Shown here piece by piece: positions 18,994-30,500 of a stretch of DNA of 64,000 nt. Each line of letters begins with the position of its first letter. Positions within the stretch are counted from its first letter, which is position 1. The stretch comes from a virus. Its lineage: Duplodnaviria; Caudoviricetes. The DNA lies in IMG/VR virus record IMGVR_UViG_3300031853_000009, positions 32,001 to 96,000 of that record, one strand, 5' to 3'. Under the pieces are notes generated by a model, which saw only the letters and a list, made by a program, of their open reading frames with translations, did no database searches and had not been told where the DNA came from. A program made the translations under genes and the position numbers.

Positions 18994-19452
18994 TTACACC
19001 TGCTCTAAGCTGGGTTCATTGTATCCAGTATGAATCAGATTTTGTAGTATCTTCTTCTGTGTTAGTACGCTTATCCACTTAGCCATTATCCTTATCATGT
19101 TTTTCTTATCTACTATGCCGTCTATATTACAGCTCAGTAACTCTATTAGCTCATCGTCTGAATACTCGTCCGAAGCAATCAAGCACAATGTTCTTGGGTC
19201 TTCTACTTTTATCCTTCGGCAAATATCTACTCCGTTATATTTAGAGTCATCCCCTAAATACATAGTAGAGACAACAAGATCAAATCGTATTTTTTTTGTA
19301 CACGCTATCTCTACGGCTTCTTCGTATGTATTTACACAGTGTACTTTATCTATACCAAATGAGTTAATTAAGCTCTTTATTTTGTCAAGAACGGCTCTAT
19401 CTTGGTTAATGACAAGAATAGATATTCTTTGAAGTATTAGACTATCAGACAT
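18994..19452 (-). CDS. Atypical (pseudo-)receiver domain protein, CheY-like
   Basis: ILVINQD..EEAVE..FDLVVST..NGVDICRRIK..LIAS..DGIVDK; phospho-Asp replaced by Thr. Confidence 0.75.
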   Translation of the reverse strand: MSDSLILQRISILVINQDRAVLDKIKSLINSFGIDKVHCVNTYEEAVEIACTKKIRFDLVVSTMYLGDDSKYNGVDICRRIKVEDPRTLCLIASDEYSDDELIELLSCNIDGIVDKKNMIRIMAKWISVLTQKKILQNLIHTGYNEPSLEQV

Positions 19453-19465
19453 GGCTACTCTCCAG

Positions 19466-19714
19466 TTAAGCTACTAATTCAATCTCCAGTACATTATCGG
19501 CATTAGCCAATACAGTAGTAACTGTGCGGTCATTTAATAAAACATAAGTGCCGGTTTGTACTTCTTGGTCACACTCACACACAAGATTTACAGCCCTACT
19601 TCCTAATTGGTTTACATAGATGTGTCCTTCATCCAGTCTTCTAGCTACCTTGCCTATCCACTTAGAATGTCTGGGCAAGAGGTTCAAAAATCGTACATAA
19701 GGATTTCTAATCAC
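19466..19714 (-). CDS. Small tail-associated protein
   Basis: NPYVRFLNLLP start, follows tail-tip gene. Confidence 0.55.
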   Translation of the reverse strand: MIRNPYVRFLNLLPRHSKWIGKVARRLDEGHIYVNQLGSRAVNLVCECDQEVQTGTYVLLNDRTVTTVLANADNVLEIELVA

Positions 19715-19729
19715 GTCAGCCCTCCATAA

Positions 19730-22258
19730 TCACACTCTCATGTATTCATTTAAGCCCAGAGTCTGTGTTACATGAGTGGCATTGTTAGTCACTACTACAC
19801 TTATTTGTACTGACTCTACATCTCCGTACCACTCATCTTCACTTCTTCCTATACTATGGCCTTCTTGTACTTTCACTAAATCTCCGGGCCAGCACAATGG
19901 GGGTAGAGTATTATCGGTAGAGTTAGGGAAGCGTAAAGAGTACATTTTAAGAGTATGCTTTAACCAAAAGCCTGTTTCACAGAGTACTGGACGCCCCGCC
20001 TCTTGGCAAGCTCTAGTAGTTTGCAATTTCTCATCTACTATGTCAGGAGCATATACTCTAAAATCTACACCCACGTCTTTTTTGTATAGGTTTACTACGG
20101 GAAATCCTCTTTCAGCCCCTGAAGTTGTTGCGTTTTGGTCTGCGGCTTTCATTGTGCCCATAACCATAACAGCGTTGTAGTCAGCTTTATGCTCATAAGT
20201 TCTTCCTACTTCTACAGCTAATTCAGTAGAAATCATTTTACAGTGTTCTGTATCATGTACATCCCATGTAGTCTCCCACATCCAAGGAGGCCAGTTATAT
20301 CTGGGTCTTATGTATAGCTTTTGATAAGCCACAGGGTTTTCGGTTCCCGTACCTGCCCCTATAGAGTTTGGTTCTGTAATAATAAATGCACCGATACTAT
20401 CAGTCAAAGATTTAATAGCCTCTATTTGAGTAGTATCTTGCCAAGTTAAACTACCACTCTTAAATCCCCAATGACTAGCTAAAGAGGTATCAAAGCCAGT
20501 GTGTATTTTATGTTTATATCGGTCAAAGACAGCTCTCCACTCTGAGTCACTTCTTCCAAGCATAGTACCGTCAAGGATTTTAGCAATAATAGTCTCCCCT
20601 GCCGCCATACCATCATTTCCAGCAATAAAGGTATGAGAGAATTTCTCATTCTGCGGACTACCTAAACACATAGAAGGAGAGCGTCCGGTAATATTCCATG
20701 TCTTTTTGCCAAAGGATCGAGACTCGGAGTACCCATCTACCATACATACCCAGTAATGCTGATTTATGCTTATCAAAAGTGTAGTATAAGCAAGCGCTCT
20801 ATTTACTACCCTTGGCTTTAAGAGGTCGATAACTTCTCTGGACAGGTCATCTTTTGCGATAGTTATGTTAAAGGACCACAAGTAACTATCCTTGTCAGTG
20901 CTAATATCTATAGATGTTACATGGATAGGTACATCGGTTTCATTGAACGGCCAAATCTGTACAGTAACTAAGTTAATCATGTCATATTCATCCTTAGGCT
21001 TAAGAAGAAGTCTGTCCAAGTCCGACGGATCAATTATAGAATCTCTATGCCCAGATGTATTGTGTTGGTATGGGCAATATCTGGTTAGCGAATTTGAGTA
21101 CATAGGGCCTATAGATACAACTATACCTTGACAGACGTAAGGTACTATAGGCTCTGTAATATTGAATACGATAGGGTAACAAGGCGGGGGAGGATAGTAT
21201 TTTTCGCAACAAATGGCGCTTAAATCTATCGGTCCCCAAGGTATCTCAAACTCAGCATCTTTGTTGTGGTTACGGTTCCATTCTAAATGACCATACCAAG
21301 GAATAATCGATTCGTTGTCTTTTATTGGAAAAGTACTCCAAGGTATCTCTTTTTCTAAGTCCTTCGGCCACGGAGCGTTCCAAGTAATAATAAGCTCGTT
21401 TTCTATAGCAGTGAAACCACCCCATACTATACCCTTCAAATAGTCATAAGAGTGTCCGGCCTCTGGATTATTTGGGTCGTTTCTTTCCAACATTCTCCAT
21501 CTGATATCGATGGTAGAATCGTATTTTTTATGCAAATCTTTCCAAGGTATGTCAGTAGTCAGGTGCATAGATTCCATATCGCCCCAAGCTACATCCGCAG
21601 CTACACCACAATTTTTCTGTTGTTTGTACACTATATCTCTATGCACATCAACCTCTGGCATAGAATCCCATCTTATAGCATAGGAGACCTCTGTAAATTG
21701 ACTTCTCTTCTGCTCTGTAACTCGCCAAGGAATTATCGGTCCATTTATATCAGTAGAACGTACAGCTTTTCCAGTAGGCAAGTCGTTAGCTTCTGGTAGT
21801 CTTACTGAAGGAAAAGAGTCCGCTGGGCAACCAATAACAATTACAGAAGTAGTAATAACTACTCTTGGAACAAGCACATGGTCTATAGGAGCCTTGTCTA
21901 TACACTGAATCAGAATAACAGAATCTTGTGGTTTTACATCTACATCAACATGGTAGGCATTACCTGCCGTTTCACTGTATAACTCTATAACAGAGTCTTT
22001 AGGCTTAACAGGCGGAACTTTTATCTGTTCTACTATACAGGGAGTAGATGACAGAAGTAATGTACTATCTGTCATCTCCAAAAAGAAGAGTCCGCCTATT
22101 TTGCACGGCTCAGAAGTTAGTACTATCCTGCTTCTTCTAGCGACTACGTTACCATCTGCATCCCTTGGAATATTAAATCGTATATTACAAGGGTCGAGTT
22201 CATATGCAGCATTAAGAATAAATGATATGTTACAACCTTCTCTGCCGCCCGTAGTCAT
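19730..22258 (-). CDS. Tail-tip/hub protein
   Basis: Tail-module position; periodic xIxW repeats; hub-like C-terminal half. Confidence 0.65.
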   Translation of the reverse strand: MTTGGREGCNISFILNAAYELDPCNIRFNIPRDADGNVVARRSRIVLTSEPCKIGGLFFLEMTDSTLLLSSTPCIVEQIKVPPVKPKDSVIELYSETAGNAYHVDVDVKPQDSVILIQCIDKAPIDHVLVPRVVITTSVIVIGCPADSFPSVRLPEANDLPTGKAVRSTDINGPIIPWRVTEQKRSQFTEVSYAIRWDSMPEVDVHRDIVYKQQKNCGVAADVAWGDMESMHLTTDIPWKDLHKKYDSTIDIRWRMLERNDPNNPEAGHSYDYLKGIVWGGFTAIENELIITWNAPWPKDLEKEIPWSTFPIKDNESIIPWYGHLEWNRNHNKDAEFEIPWGPIDLSAICCEKYYPPPPCYPIVFNITEPIVPYVCQGIVVSIGPMYSNSLTRYCPYQHNTSGHRDSIIDPSDLDRLLLKPKDEYDMINLVTVQIWPFNETDVPIHVTSIDISTDKDSYLWSFNITIAKDDLSREVIDLLKPRVVNRALAYTTLLISINQHYWVCMVDGYSESRSFGKKTWNITGRSPSMCLGSPQNEKFSHTFIAGNDGMAAGETIIAKILDGTMLGRSDSEWRAVFDRYKHKIHTGFDTSLASHWGFKSGSLTWQDTTQIEAIKSLTDSIGAFIITEPNSIGAGTGTENPVAYQKLYIRPRYNWPPWMWETTWDVHDTEHCKMISTELAVEVGRTYEHKADYNAVMVMGTMKAADQNATTSGAERGFPVVNLYKKDVGVDFRVYAPDIVDEKLQTTRACQEAGRPVLCETGFWLKHTLKMYSLRFPNSTDNTLPPLCWPGDLVKVQEGHSIGRSEDEWYGDVESVQISVVVTNNATHVTQTLGLNEYMRV

Positions 22259-22273
22259 ACAAACCTCTGTGTA

Positions 22274-22978
22274 TTAAGGCCAGACAACCCTATGCTCTAT
22301 GGCATACGAGTACATAGTGGTTTTATTGCCGTTAATTAAGGTATATACAGTACTATTTGTGCCTCCCCCGGAACTACCGGAGTCTCCACCGGAACTACCA
22401 GAGCCACTCGTGTTCCCCATTGTAGGTACAGTGGCTTGTGTAATGTGTGTAATTGTGCTATCAGTGGTATTTATCAAAGCCACCCAGTTAGCTTGACCGT
22501 TCCGGTAAATCAAGTTATTCGTTTTTTCTCCGACTATCAATTTTCTACCTATCGGTCTATTAGCAGTATTTGTAAATTGATCGATAGGAGTAGTAGTTAT
22601 ATCCTCTATATTAAAATCAGTTGCAACCATATCAGCAGAAGCGAGCACCGTATTTCTATGCGTAGTCCAAGTTACACCCCCTTCAGTAAGTTGGTTTCCA
22701 ACTTGAGTAGGAAATGTAGGTTCATTATTACCTGATGTACCAGCGGTAATGCACTCATATATGAAGAATACCGTCTGTAATACTTGCTCCCCATAACCTC
22801 CGGGCAGAGGAGCAGTAACAAGGTCCCCTACCCCATAAGCTGTATTTTTTCTCCATTCTGCTTTTGGCCAATATGCTTCTTTATAAGAATTAGGTAATTC
22901 TGCCAACACAACCTGCATATTAGAGTTGGCGATTCTTTGTAACAAAACATCATGCCAATTTACAGGAATCCATCCCAT
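22274..22978 (-). CDS. Tail protein with CBM5/12-like motif
   Basis: WRKNTAYGVGDLV..YECITAGTSG..EPTFP..GGVTW. Confidence 0.6.
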   Translation of the reverse strand: MGWIPVNWHDVLLQRIANSNMQVVLAELPNSYKEAYWPKAEWRKNTAYGVGDLVTAPLPGGYGEQVLQTVFFIYECITAGTSGNNEPTFPTQVGNQLTEGGVTWTTHRNTVLASADMVATDFNIEDITTTPIDQFTNTANRPIGRKLIVGEKTNNLIYRNGQANWVALINTTDSTITHITQATVPTMGNTSGSGSSGGDSGSSGGGTNSTVYTLINGNKTTMYSYAIEHRVVWP

Positions 22979-22993
22979 ACTACACCTCTATAG

Positions 22994-25900
22994 TTAATTA
23001 TTAGAAGAACCTTGATAATCTTTTGCGTATATAGCCTTTAAGTCACCAGCTTTTATATTTAGCATACAAGGTTCTCTTCCGTTTCTCTTACTGGGATCAA
23101 AAGTTGCCATAAATTGAATATTTCCAGCATTTTCACTATTTTTTATGATACCGGGAACTTCCTCAAAATTTGTCAACTTTACCCATCCAGCTGTATTTGA
23201 TATATGAGAGTATAACTTAATACCAGATTCTTCTCCTACACTTAGCTGTTTAGACAGATATACACAAGTATGGTAATCAGTGTTACTAAAATCAGATAAG
23301 TTTATTATAGGCGACACCCATATTTTCAGTCCGTTCACAAGAATGTTTCTTACATACGGAGAGATACTGCCATCACACTTCATACCCACTGCCCAGTTTA
23401 TTACACCTATATTCTTATCGTACCAAGAAGCTATATTGGCAGGGGTAAGTGAGTTCACTACTCTTTTATTCATCTGGTTAGTTTGTACTTGCATAGCTAA
23501 GGCCATAGTGCTCCATTTATTGCTATTAGAGTTAGTCCACCCAGAGCTGCTCAAGTACTTCCAAGTATTACCTTCTTTGGTCATAATCTTAATCCATGCA
23601 TTCTTGAATACATAGTAATCAATATCGTTATTGGTAATAGCAAAGACTAGAGTCTGACCATTATCTTCTCCGTCTATTTTGATGGAGGACACATTCAAGC
23701 CAGCATATAAAGGATAAGCGTTCTTTTGGTAATAGAATGCTACTTGCATATCATTTTTGTACGCCTTCCCTTCATAATTTTGACTTACACTTCGTATCAT
23801 GGCATCAGAGAATCCAGTGTTATAAACCTTAAACTTATCAAGGCTGTAAACGTTTTTATAGGTGTTACTGAAATCTGAACCAAGATAAAGAGCGTTAGAG
23901 TCTGCATTTATAGAGGTTTTACTTATGTAGGGTAATACTTTAATTGGCGTTGTATCCACATTGTACACAGCATTGAACATCCAGCCCCGATTTGGCCTTA
24001 CCGTATGAACTACACTATGCCAAGACTCCGCAGTACTAGCAAGTTTATGATCCTTAGTAGCTGTACCGCTGTAGGCGTTTGTACTCAATGATGAACTCGC
24101 GGTAATGTGATAATTAGCTCTTCTATATTGCAGAGTATAAAAATTGTACAATCGTACCATGAAAGGATTATATATGCTATTATTCTTTAACCACTTTTTA
24201 TCAAATAAATTATAGTATCCAGTTATTGTCCATCCGTTTTCATTGTTGAACAGGGCCTCTTTATCGGTGTCATTTTTGGGAGATACCTGAAATACAAACC
24301 AACTGGGAGTATAATTAGCATCGTAGTAAGAGTAAGGTACTAATTTTTGCTTATCATAGCCAGGACCGAGTGTTAAATTATATTCTTCTCTAATATTAAG
24401 ATCAGCTAAACCGTCTCTTTCGTATCCGAACTTAAACCACTTCTGCACAGTACCGCATTTTGACCCAGAAGCGCAGATTTTTACATCAGATACCATTCCT
24501 GTGAACCCATAGCGGTCTGTACTGTTATATCTGTTTCCCCCGATAATAATTTGGCCTAACGTGTATTCTGTAGTGTTGCCGTCTAACGTGCACAGCTGAT
24601 CTACATATACAGTGGTGTCACTATATAACTTATATCCTCTTTTACGATTGGATACGTTTTGAGCTACTCCATTCACTATAATCTCTTCTTGTACATTCTC
24701 ACTGAGTAGCTCTAGAGTAAGCCATTTATTGAAAAATGTATCCCCTGATGGACTGTATATATCAAAAGAAGTGGAGCTATTTATTTGGGATTCACGAGGC
24801 CAAGATATAGTTAAGCGATTAGAGTTAAGTTGAATACTTATAAATTTATCATTTCCTAGATTATAGTTTCCTATAGTCAAGATACACCCTGCCTTTATAG
24901 CCTTAAATCGTACAAGTACATCAGACTTTGTACTGGTACTGTACGGCATGGTTTGAGTCATATCCATATCCGGTCTAGTGCCCAAAAAAGTATTGTACTC
25001 GGCAGATGTATTATTGCCAGTAAAAAAAACATAGTTTTTACCAAGTACGGGTGTTTTACTTAATATGTTTTCATTACTTTCATCGTCATAAGTATAAACA
25101 GTACTGGTGAAATTGTTGAGGCCAGTTTCAGTATGCCAACCATATAAATAATCTGGAATTGGTTTATAAGGAATACCCCCAAGATATGTAACATGACCAT
25201 CATCTTGTATGCCACGGATAGACGTTACTTCAGTATCTATAATAGGTTTTTCTAAAATCAACGTATTCAGCTGTGTACTATTAGGGATAAAGTCACTAAA
25301 CACTCTAAGTCCAGATATTCTGCCAGAATGACCTCTCAAATTACCTTGACCTAAAGTGAACTGTAAATTATACAACTTTTTATTAGGCATAGATATATTT
25401 TGATTTATTACTTGGTCTCCATTCCAGTACACTTGAATGGAGGAACCGGTCCAGACAAAAAGCACATGATGCCAAGGAGTCTCAACCCAATCGTGTACAG
25501 CTGAATCTACATGAGTATAGGTGTAACGACTCGTGTTTATTCTATAAAAAGAACAAATTGATTTAGTATAAGAAGGTACATAGCTTGACGTAGCTTTACA
25601 TCGAGAACCCATTCCAAAATATACATAACACTTTTTGTTGCTGTTGTCATAGTATGTCCCGTTGAACTCTATGACTCCGGGATAATCATCACCATCGTAG
25701 TATGTGAGATTTACAAAAAAGGAAGCAACTACTATTTCTGATTCTTGTGTCCATTTTATTGGGTATTCTACATAAGATTCACCAGAGCCTAATTCAGCTG
25801 AATTGGGGTTTTCGCCAAAAGTGAGACAAGGTTCTCCATATTTACCAATAGCTACTGTTTTATTATTTAATGAGTTTTGTCCAACATAACTTATTATGCC

Positions 25901-26608
25901 ACCAGAATAATGATCGTACCAAAGGCCATTTCTAATCTCTGGGAGGCATATTTCATGGTCGGTATTAAGGATGTTCAAAGTGTACTTTTTTAGAAGAGAA
26001 TTTCTCGCCGTTTTATCTACAATAGTAGAGCAACCGTTTACAAGTACAGAGTTGTTTGTAATAGTATTATTTACTTCGTTATTATTGGCATCGTAAAATT
26101 TTACAGCCTCCACTACTTCCATCTCAGAGTTTATATTACCATTAACACCTTGAGTAGTATCTACTTTTATTTTTTGTATGTTACCTTTTAATTCCTGAAG
26201 TTCTACGTTATAGGTATCGTGAGTACCTAACGGAGTTATGGCAGTATGAATGAAATCATAAGAAGGCCAGTATGCAGCATTCAAAGCTCCGGCGGGTACA
26301 GCATACTCTTTGGTGCATAGGGATACGCGATCATAGATGTCTCCGTTAAATTCTTCACCTTCATCCCTACAGACAATAAACATACTACCGTCACTCTGTC
26401 TTGGGTCAACACCAACCTCCCAAGTGCGAGTAGTTCTATCCACCATAGTGCTAGCAATGAGATGTCCAGAAGCTCTATCGTACACTAAAATACTCTTATC
26501 TGAATTGGACACTTCATTTATAGTACCTGAAATAGTGGCCTTAAGGTTTATAGGCTGCCCTACGTCAGACGTATATATCCCACGTTTTATTATTTTATTA
26601 GAATACAT
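22994..26608 (-). CDS. Tail fibre / receptor-binding protein with LamG/ConA-like domains
   Basis: WHHVLFVWTGSSIQVYWNG, GRISGLRVF, FTGMVSDVKI, LDKFKVYN motifs; N/Y/T-rich. Confidence 0.7.
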   Translation of the reverse strand: MYSNKIIKRGIYTSDVGQPINLKATISGTINEVSNSDKSILVYDRASGHLIASTMVDRTTRTWEVGVDPRQSDGSMFIVCRDEGEEFNGDIYDRVSLCTKEYAVPAGALNAAYWPSYDFIHTAITPLGTHDTYNVELQELKGNIQKIKVDTTQGVNGNINSEMEVVEAVKFYDANNNEVNNTITNNSVLVNGCSTIVDKTARNSLLKKYTLNILNTDHEICLPEIRNGLWYDHYSGGIISYVGQNSLNNKTVAIGKYGEPCLTFGENPNSAELGSGESYVEYPIKWTQESEIVVASFFVNLTYYDGDDYPGVIEFNGTYYDNSNKKCYVYFGMGSRCKATSSYVPSYTKSICSFYRINTSRYTYTHVDSAVHDWVETPWHHVLFVWTGSSIQVYWNGDQVINQNISMPNKKLYNLQFTLGQGNLRGHSGRISGLRVFSDFIPNSTQLNTLILEKPIIDTEVTSIRGIQDDGHVTYLGGIPYKPIPDYLYGWHTETGLNNFTSTVYTYDDESNENILSKTPVLGKNYVFFTGNNTSAEYNTFLGTRPDMDMTQTMPYSTSTKSDVLVRFKAIKAGCILTIGNYNLGNDKFISIQLNSNRLTISWPRESQINSSTSFDIYSPSGDTFFNKWLTLELLSENVQEEIIVNGVAQNVSNRKRGYKLYSDTTVYVDQLCTLDGNTTEYTLGQIIIGGNRYNSTDRYGFTGMVSDVKICASGSKCGTVQKWFKFGYERDGLADLNIREEYNLTLGPGYDKQKLVPYSYYDANYTPSWFVFQVSPKNDTDKEALFNNENGWTITGYYNLFDKKWLKNNSIYNPFMVRLYNFYTLQYRRANYHITASSSLSTNAYSGTATKDHKLASTAESWHSVVHTVRPNRGWMFNAVYNVDTTPIKVLPYISKTSINADSNALYLGSDFSNTYKNVYSLDKFKVYNTGFSDAMIRSVSQNYEGKAYKNDMQVAFYYQKNAYPLYAGLNVSSIKIDGEDNGQTLVFAITNNDIDYYVFKNAWIKIMTKEGNTWKYLSSSGWTNSNSNKWSTMALAMQVQTNQMNKRVVNSLTPANIASWYDKNIGVINWAVGMKCDGSISPYVRNILVNGLKIWVSPIINLSDFSNTDYHTCVYLSKQLSVGEESGIKLYSHISNTAGWVKLTNFEEVPGIIKNSENAGNIQFMATFDPSKRNGREPCMLNIKAGDLKAIYAKDYQGSSNN

Positions 26609-27539
26609 GACGAAACCTATCTCCTATTAAAATAGCTGCTCTGTACTCCATATCTGCCTCAGAAAATCTTTGACCTATTACAGGGAAACAGAATAATTTA
26701 TTCTTTTTATCTATTTCTTCGTACCACTCTTCTCCTAATCTATACTGATGACTAGGTACTGGTAAAATAGGTGCGAACATTCCCGGTATATTTATTTCAT
26801 AAGTGTTATAATCATAAAACTTCAGGTACACTGGCTCATATCCTATTACTCCAGCTATAGTTCCGTTTGTCTGTCTTCCTGATTTAGTACTATCACCTTC
26901 AGTAGTAACAGAACACCACCAGTCCACATCCTGCGTCATGTACCCTGCTGTTTGAGTTTTTGGATTCCGCATAAAGTGAGGCTGAGGATAAAGGTAAGTC
27001 ATTTGCATCGTCATTTGTAGCCAATTATAAGGCGTAGCAAAGGAAGTGTCCCCTAACACTATACCTTCCCCTATATATATAAGTGTTCTCCTCGAACGGA
27101 TACTAGCTGCCGCTTGTATATTAGGTTGAATTAAAAAATAGAAGCCCACTTCATCGCCTATAATAGTCCAATCACTCTCTGCTGTACCTGACTGCCGCAT
27201 TGTCTTAAGAATTGCGGCGGTTGAATTAGAAGTAGGCATTTTATGTACACCACTTACAGTATCAAACATACTTTCCCAGCTATAGGCGAAAGCAAATTGT
27301 ATATTTGTTTTTCCATCATCTATTATCTGTAGAAACATTCTAGACCCAGTTTTTGGTCTGAAGACGCAGATGTGATTGTTTATATCTTCATGCATTAAGT
27401 CCCATCCAAGGGCTGTCTTATCTCCATATCCATTTACAAGAACAGCTTTTAATACTTGGATAACAGAGCCGGGAGTCAATCCATTTAGCACGGGAGCATT
27501 AGCGTCTGAGCTTTTGAACTCTCTTGAAATGTAAGGCAT
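26598..27539 (-). CDS. Tail protein
   Basis: SSDANAPVLNG..LKAVLVNGYG..GW N-terminus typical of siphophage tail proteins. Confidence 0.65.
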   Translation of the reverse strand: MPYISREFKSSDANAPVLNGLTPGSVIQVLKAVLVNGYGDKTALGWDLMHEDINNHICVFRPKTGSRMFLQIIDDGKTNIQFAFAYSWESMFDTVSGVHKMPTSNSTAAILKTMRQSGTAESDWTIIGDEVGFYFLIQPNIQAAASIRSRRTLIYIGEGIVLGDTSFATPYNWLQMTMQMTYLYPQPHFMRNPKTQTAGYMTQDVDWWCSVTTEGDSTKSGRQTNGTIAGVIGYEPVYLKFYDYNTYEINIPGMFAPILPVPSHQYRLGEEWYEEIDKKNKLFCFPVIGQRFSEADMEYRAAILIGDRFRHVF

Positions 27540-27548
27540 AATACCTCC

Positions 27549-30500
27549 TTATATAGAATCTCCACGCATCAAGAATTGATACTTATCAGTAAATTCTTGA
27601 GCCGGATGTTGAAGCGTAGTTCTTACAAACCAGAAAGGAACGCCAGCGGCATCTGTATTAAAGCGGATACAGTCACCAGCCTTCCAACCAGTACTAAATC
27701 CATCATAAGCTATACACCAATACGGTCTGTTTGTTAAACGGCTAATCGCTTGCAAATAAAATTTACCACCAGCCGTGTACCAGCCATTGCCGTTTTGCGT
27801 TTGACCGGTTACTCTTGAGGCAGCAGCTCCTATAAGAGAACTTTCAACGTCTAAACCACTAGAACTTGTACCGCCTGTACTTGTACCACCTGTGCCTCCA
27901 GCAGTACTACCAGTGCCATTATTTGTTTCTTTTGTGGGGTCTCCTGAGCCGGTAGTGTACAAAAGTAGCCCTTGAGCTACCATACCTATTGTCTCACCAA
28001 TTATATCAATGTTATAAGCAGAGGTAAAACGAATGAGCCACCTTTCTTTAATCGCTCCTTTATTATCTACTTGAATAGGGTATGTAGCAAAGTCATATTT
28101 ACCTAACTTGATACTTCCTCGCGCATCATTACTCCATACGTCATCCCAGCTACCCTGAGTAAATTCATTATAAGCCGCAGCTTGTAAATCCTTACACGGA
28201 AGTACAGAAGACACTAAAGCTGTATTCTTCGAGTAGTTGTGCGTTAAAGGCTGATTTAGTCCAAGATGTCCAGTAATCTGAGTATCTACACACAGGCACA
28301 TATCCTCTATTCTATACCTAGCCCTAAAGGGGGGTTCATACTGTACATAAATTGGATTACCGCTAGGAGTAGTACCGGTAGAAGGTAGGTCATACACATT
28401 GAAATCCAGAGTATTAGACGTAGTAATTTTACCATTTAATAAATCCACGGTATAATTTCTTTTATCCTCAGCGTTAGTAGGGCAGTAAGCTCCACCTGTT
28501 ACTTCTGGGAAAAAGCGTCCATTCTTGTCATAAATTGCTATATCACCTAAATTTCCTTCCCCCATCAATATCTCTGTACTAGTACCTAAATTTCCTAATG
28601 CTCTTTCTTTAGTATCATGTATCAATACTACATCGCCCTTTCTGAATACAGGAACTTTACCGTCTATTGGTAAACGAATAGTGTCTATACCGAGAATGCC
28701 ACTATCAAGCGCAATGTAAGAAGCTACAGTACAGGAATACCTTAAAGTGTTAGCTATAATGGAACAAGGTTGCCATACTTGGGAACCGTCTGCTGAACGC
28801 ACTGCGTTTTCAAACCACAGCGGACGTTCACTTGCGTTCATACTAGTAAATGTGCTAGTATTCACCCATCTACCGAAATAAACTTGGCAGAAACCGGTCC
28901 TATAATCTACTGACCCTTCCATGCCTCCGCCGTACTCACTATTACTTATACCAGAGATTCCACCAAGTTCATTACTACTGCCTACAATATCTTCTCCATC
29001 TGACGCATCCTCAAAGGGAACACTTTTAGCGGTAATTTTCACTGAATTAAGAACAATAGGAGCACCCGGAAGCCTAAATACCACATAGGACACTGGCATG
29101 ATACCACTTGAAGCAGCTGCTTTTATAACTTTAATCTTCCTAATATCGAGATTAGCAGTACTTCCACTGGTAGTCAAAACATTATCTACAGTAATAGTTA
29201 CTACTCTTGTAGCATAGTCTATAATGCCGCACTCTTGTCCTATACCATTCGTGCCATCTATGTTATAATACAACTTACCGTTCCCATTGTCCACTAAATG
29301 AATATCACCAGCTTTAAGGTTCACAGAGCCGGGAACAAGGGAAACATTATAAGTCGGCCTAATACAAAAAGACCGAGGAGCAGGCTCTTGGTACTCTCTG
29401 TGAGTAGTACTATCCCCTCTTTTCCTAAATTTTACTTTAACCCAACCATTTATAGGAAACACACAAGGAGCTAATTTATAGTCCATGTGCGAAAAGCTAT
29501 ACTCCTGTTCTTGAACAAGGATTCTGGCGGGCATTTCTGCTACACCATATAAGGTTTGTACCTGTTGAGTACCATCTTCTGTCCAACTATTTCCAGTTTC
29601 GCGCCATTCGTATTGTGGCACAGGAAAAAATCCAACGCGGTCTGGCTTAAGTGTTATTATACCAGTTTCGTAATTAACAGTACTCAAGAGATTATTATCA
29701 ACGGTAGGATGGGCAGCCTCTTCAAGATCAGTACCGGCGGCTATTGCTTCATTTAGTGTGTCAGTTTGACTTGTAGTCAATAATGAAAAATCAGTACTTT
29801 CTCCCTTAAAGTGTCCAATGTTAGGATCAGAAGTCTCCTCATCTTCATAAATGTGAGTGGGATCGACTGGACCTATTTGAACAGTCCTCTTATCACCTAC
29901 AGCTATGTTTGAGGTGCTGGTTTCAGTTCCATATTGTTGAAGAAGAGTATGCCATTCTATCTCAAAGCTATTCTTTTGAATAGGGTACTTATCTCGCGGC
30001 AACTGCAAATTTAGTACTCCACCTGCCGCTCTAGGAGGCTCTGTAAAAATATGCTCTTCTACTGGACCGTAATCATACATAATGGTAAAGTTTTCAAGGC
30101 AAGAAGGGATTTGTTGCTGAGTCCCCGGCTTAAAAGATACTTTACCAGTAGCGTAGTTAATCGTGCCCACAATATCCCCGGTGGCTGACCAACCGCTGCT
30201 ATTCTTTGTAGCTACTTTTATATTAGTATGCCCATCATCTTTTACGCCAAATGCACCGTCTCCCCAATGACAAACAAAAGTGCTGCGTGCAATACCTTGG
30301 TCTTGTAAGGTAAAGGTAAACTCAAGATCATATTCTATTTTAGATTCTCCACCAGAAATGTCATAAACTCGTGATTCTTTAGCCCACGTTAAAAGGATCG
30401 TGCTATTTACATCGGGCATAGCTCCAAGAGCGAGACTAACTGAACCGGTGGCAAAGTTTACTGTACCAGCCCCTATTTCTTCTGATTCTCCTTTTAATGC

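Noticed and set aside
22994-26608. Diversity-generating retroelement target in tail fibre
   Set aside because: No reverse transcriptase or template repeat seen in the window
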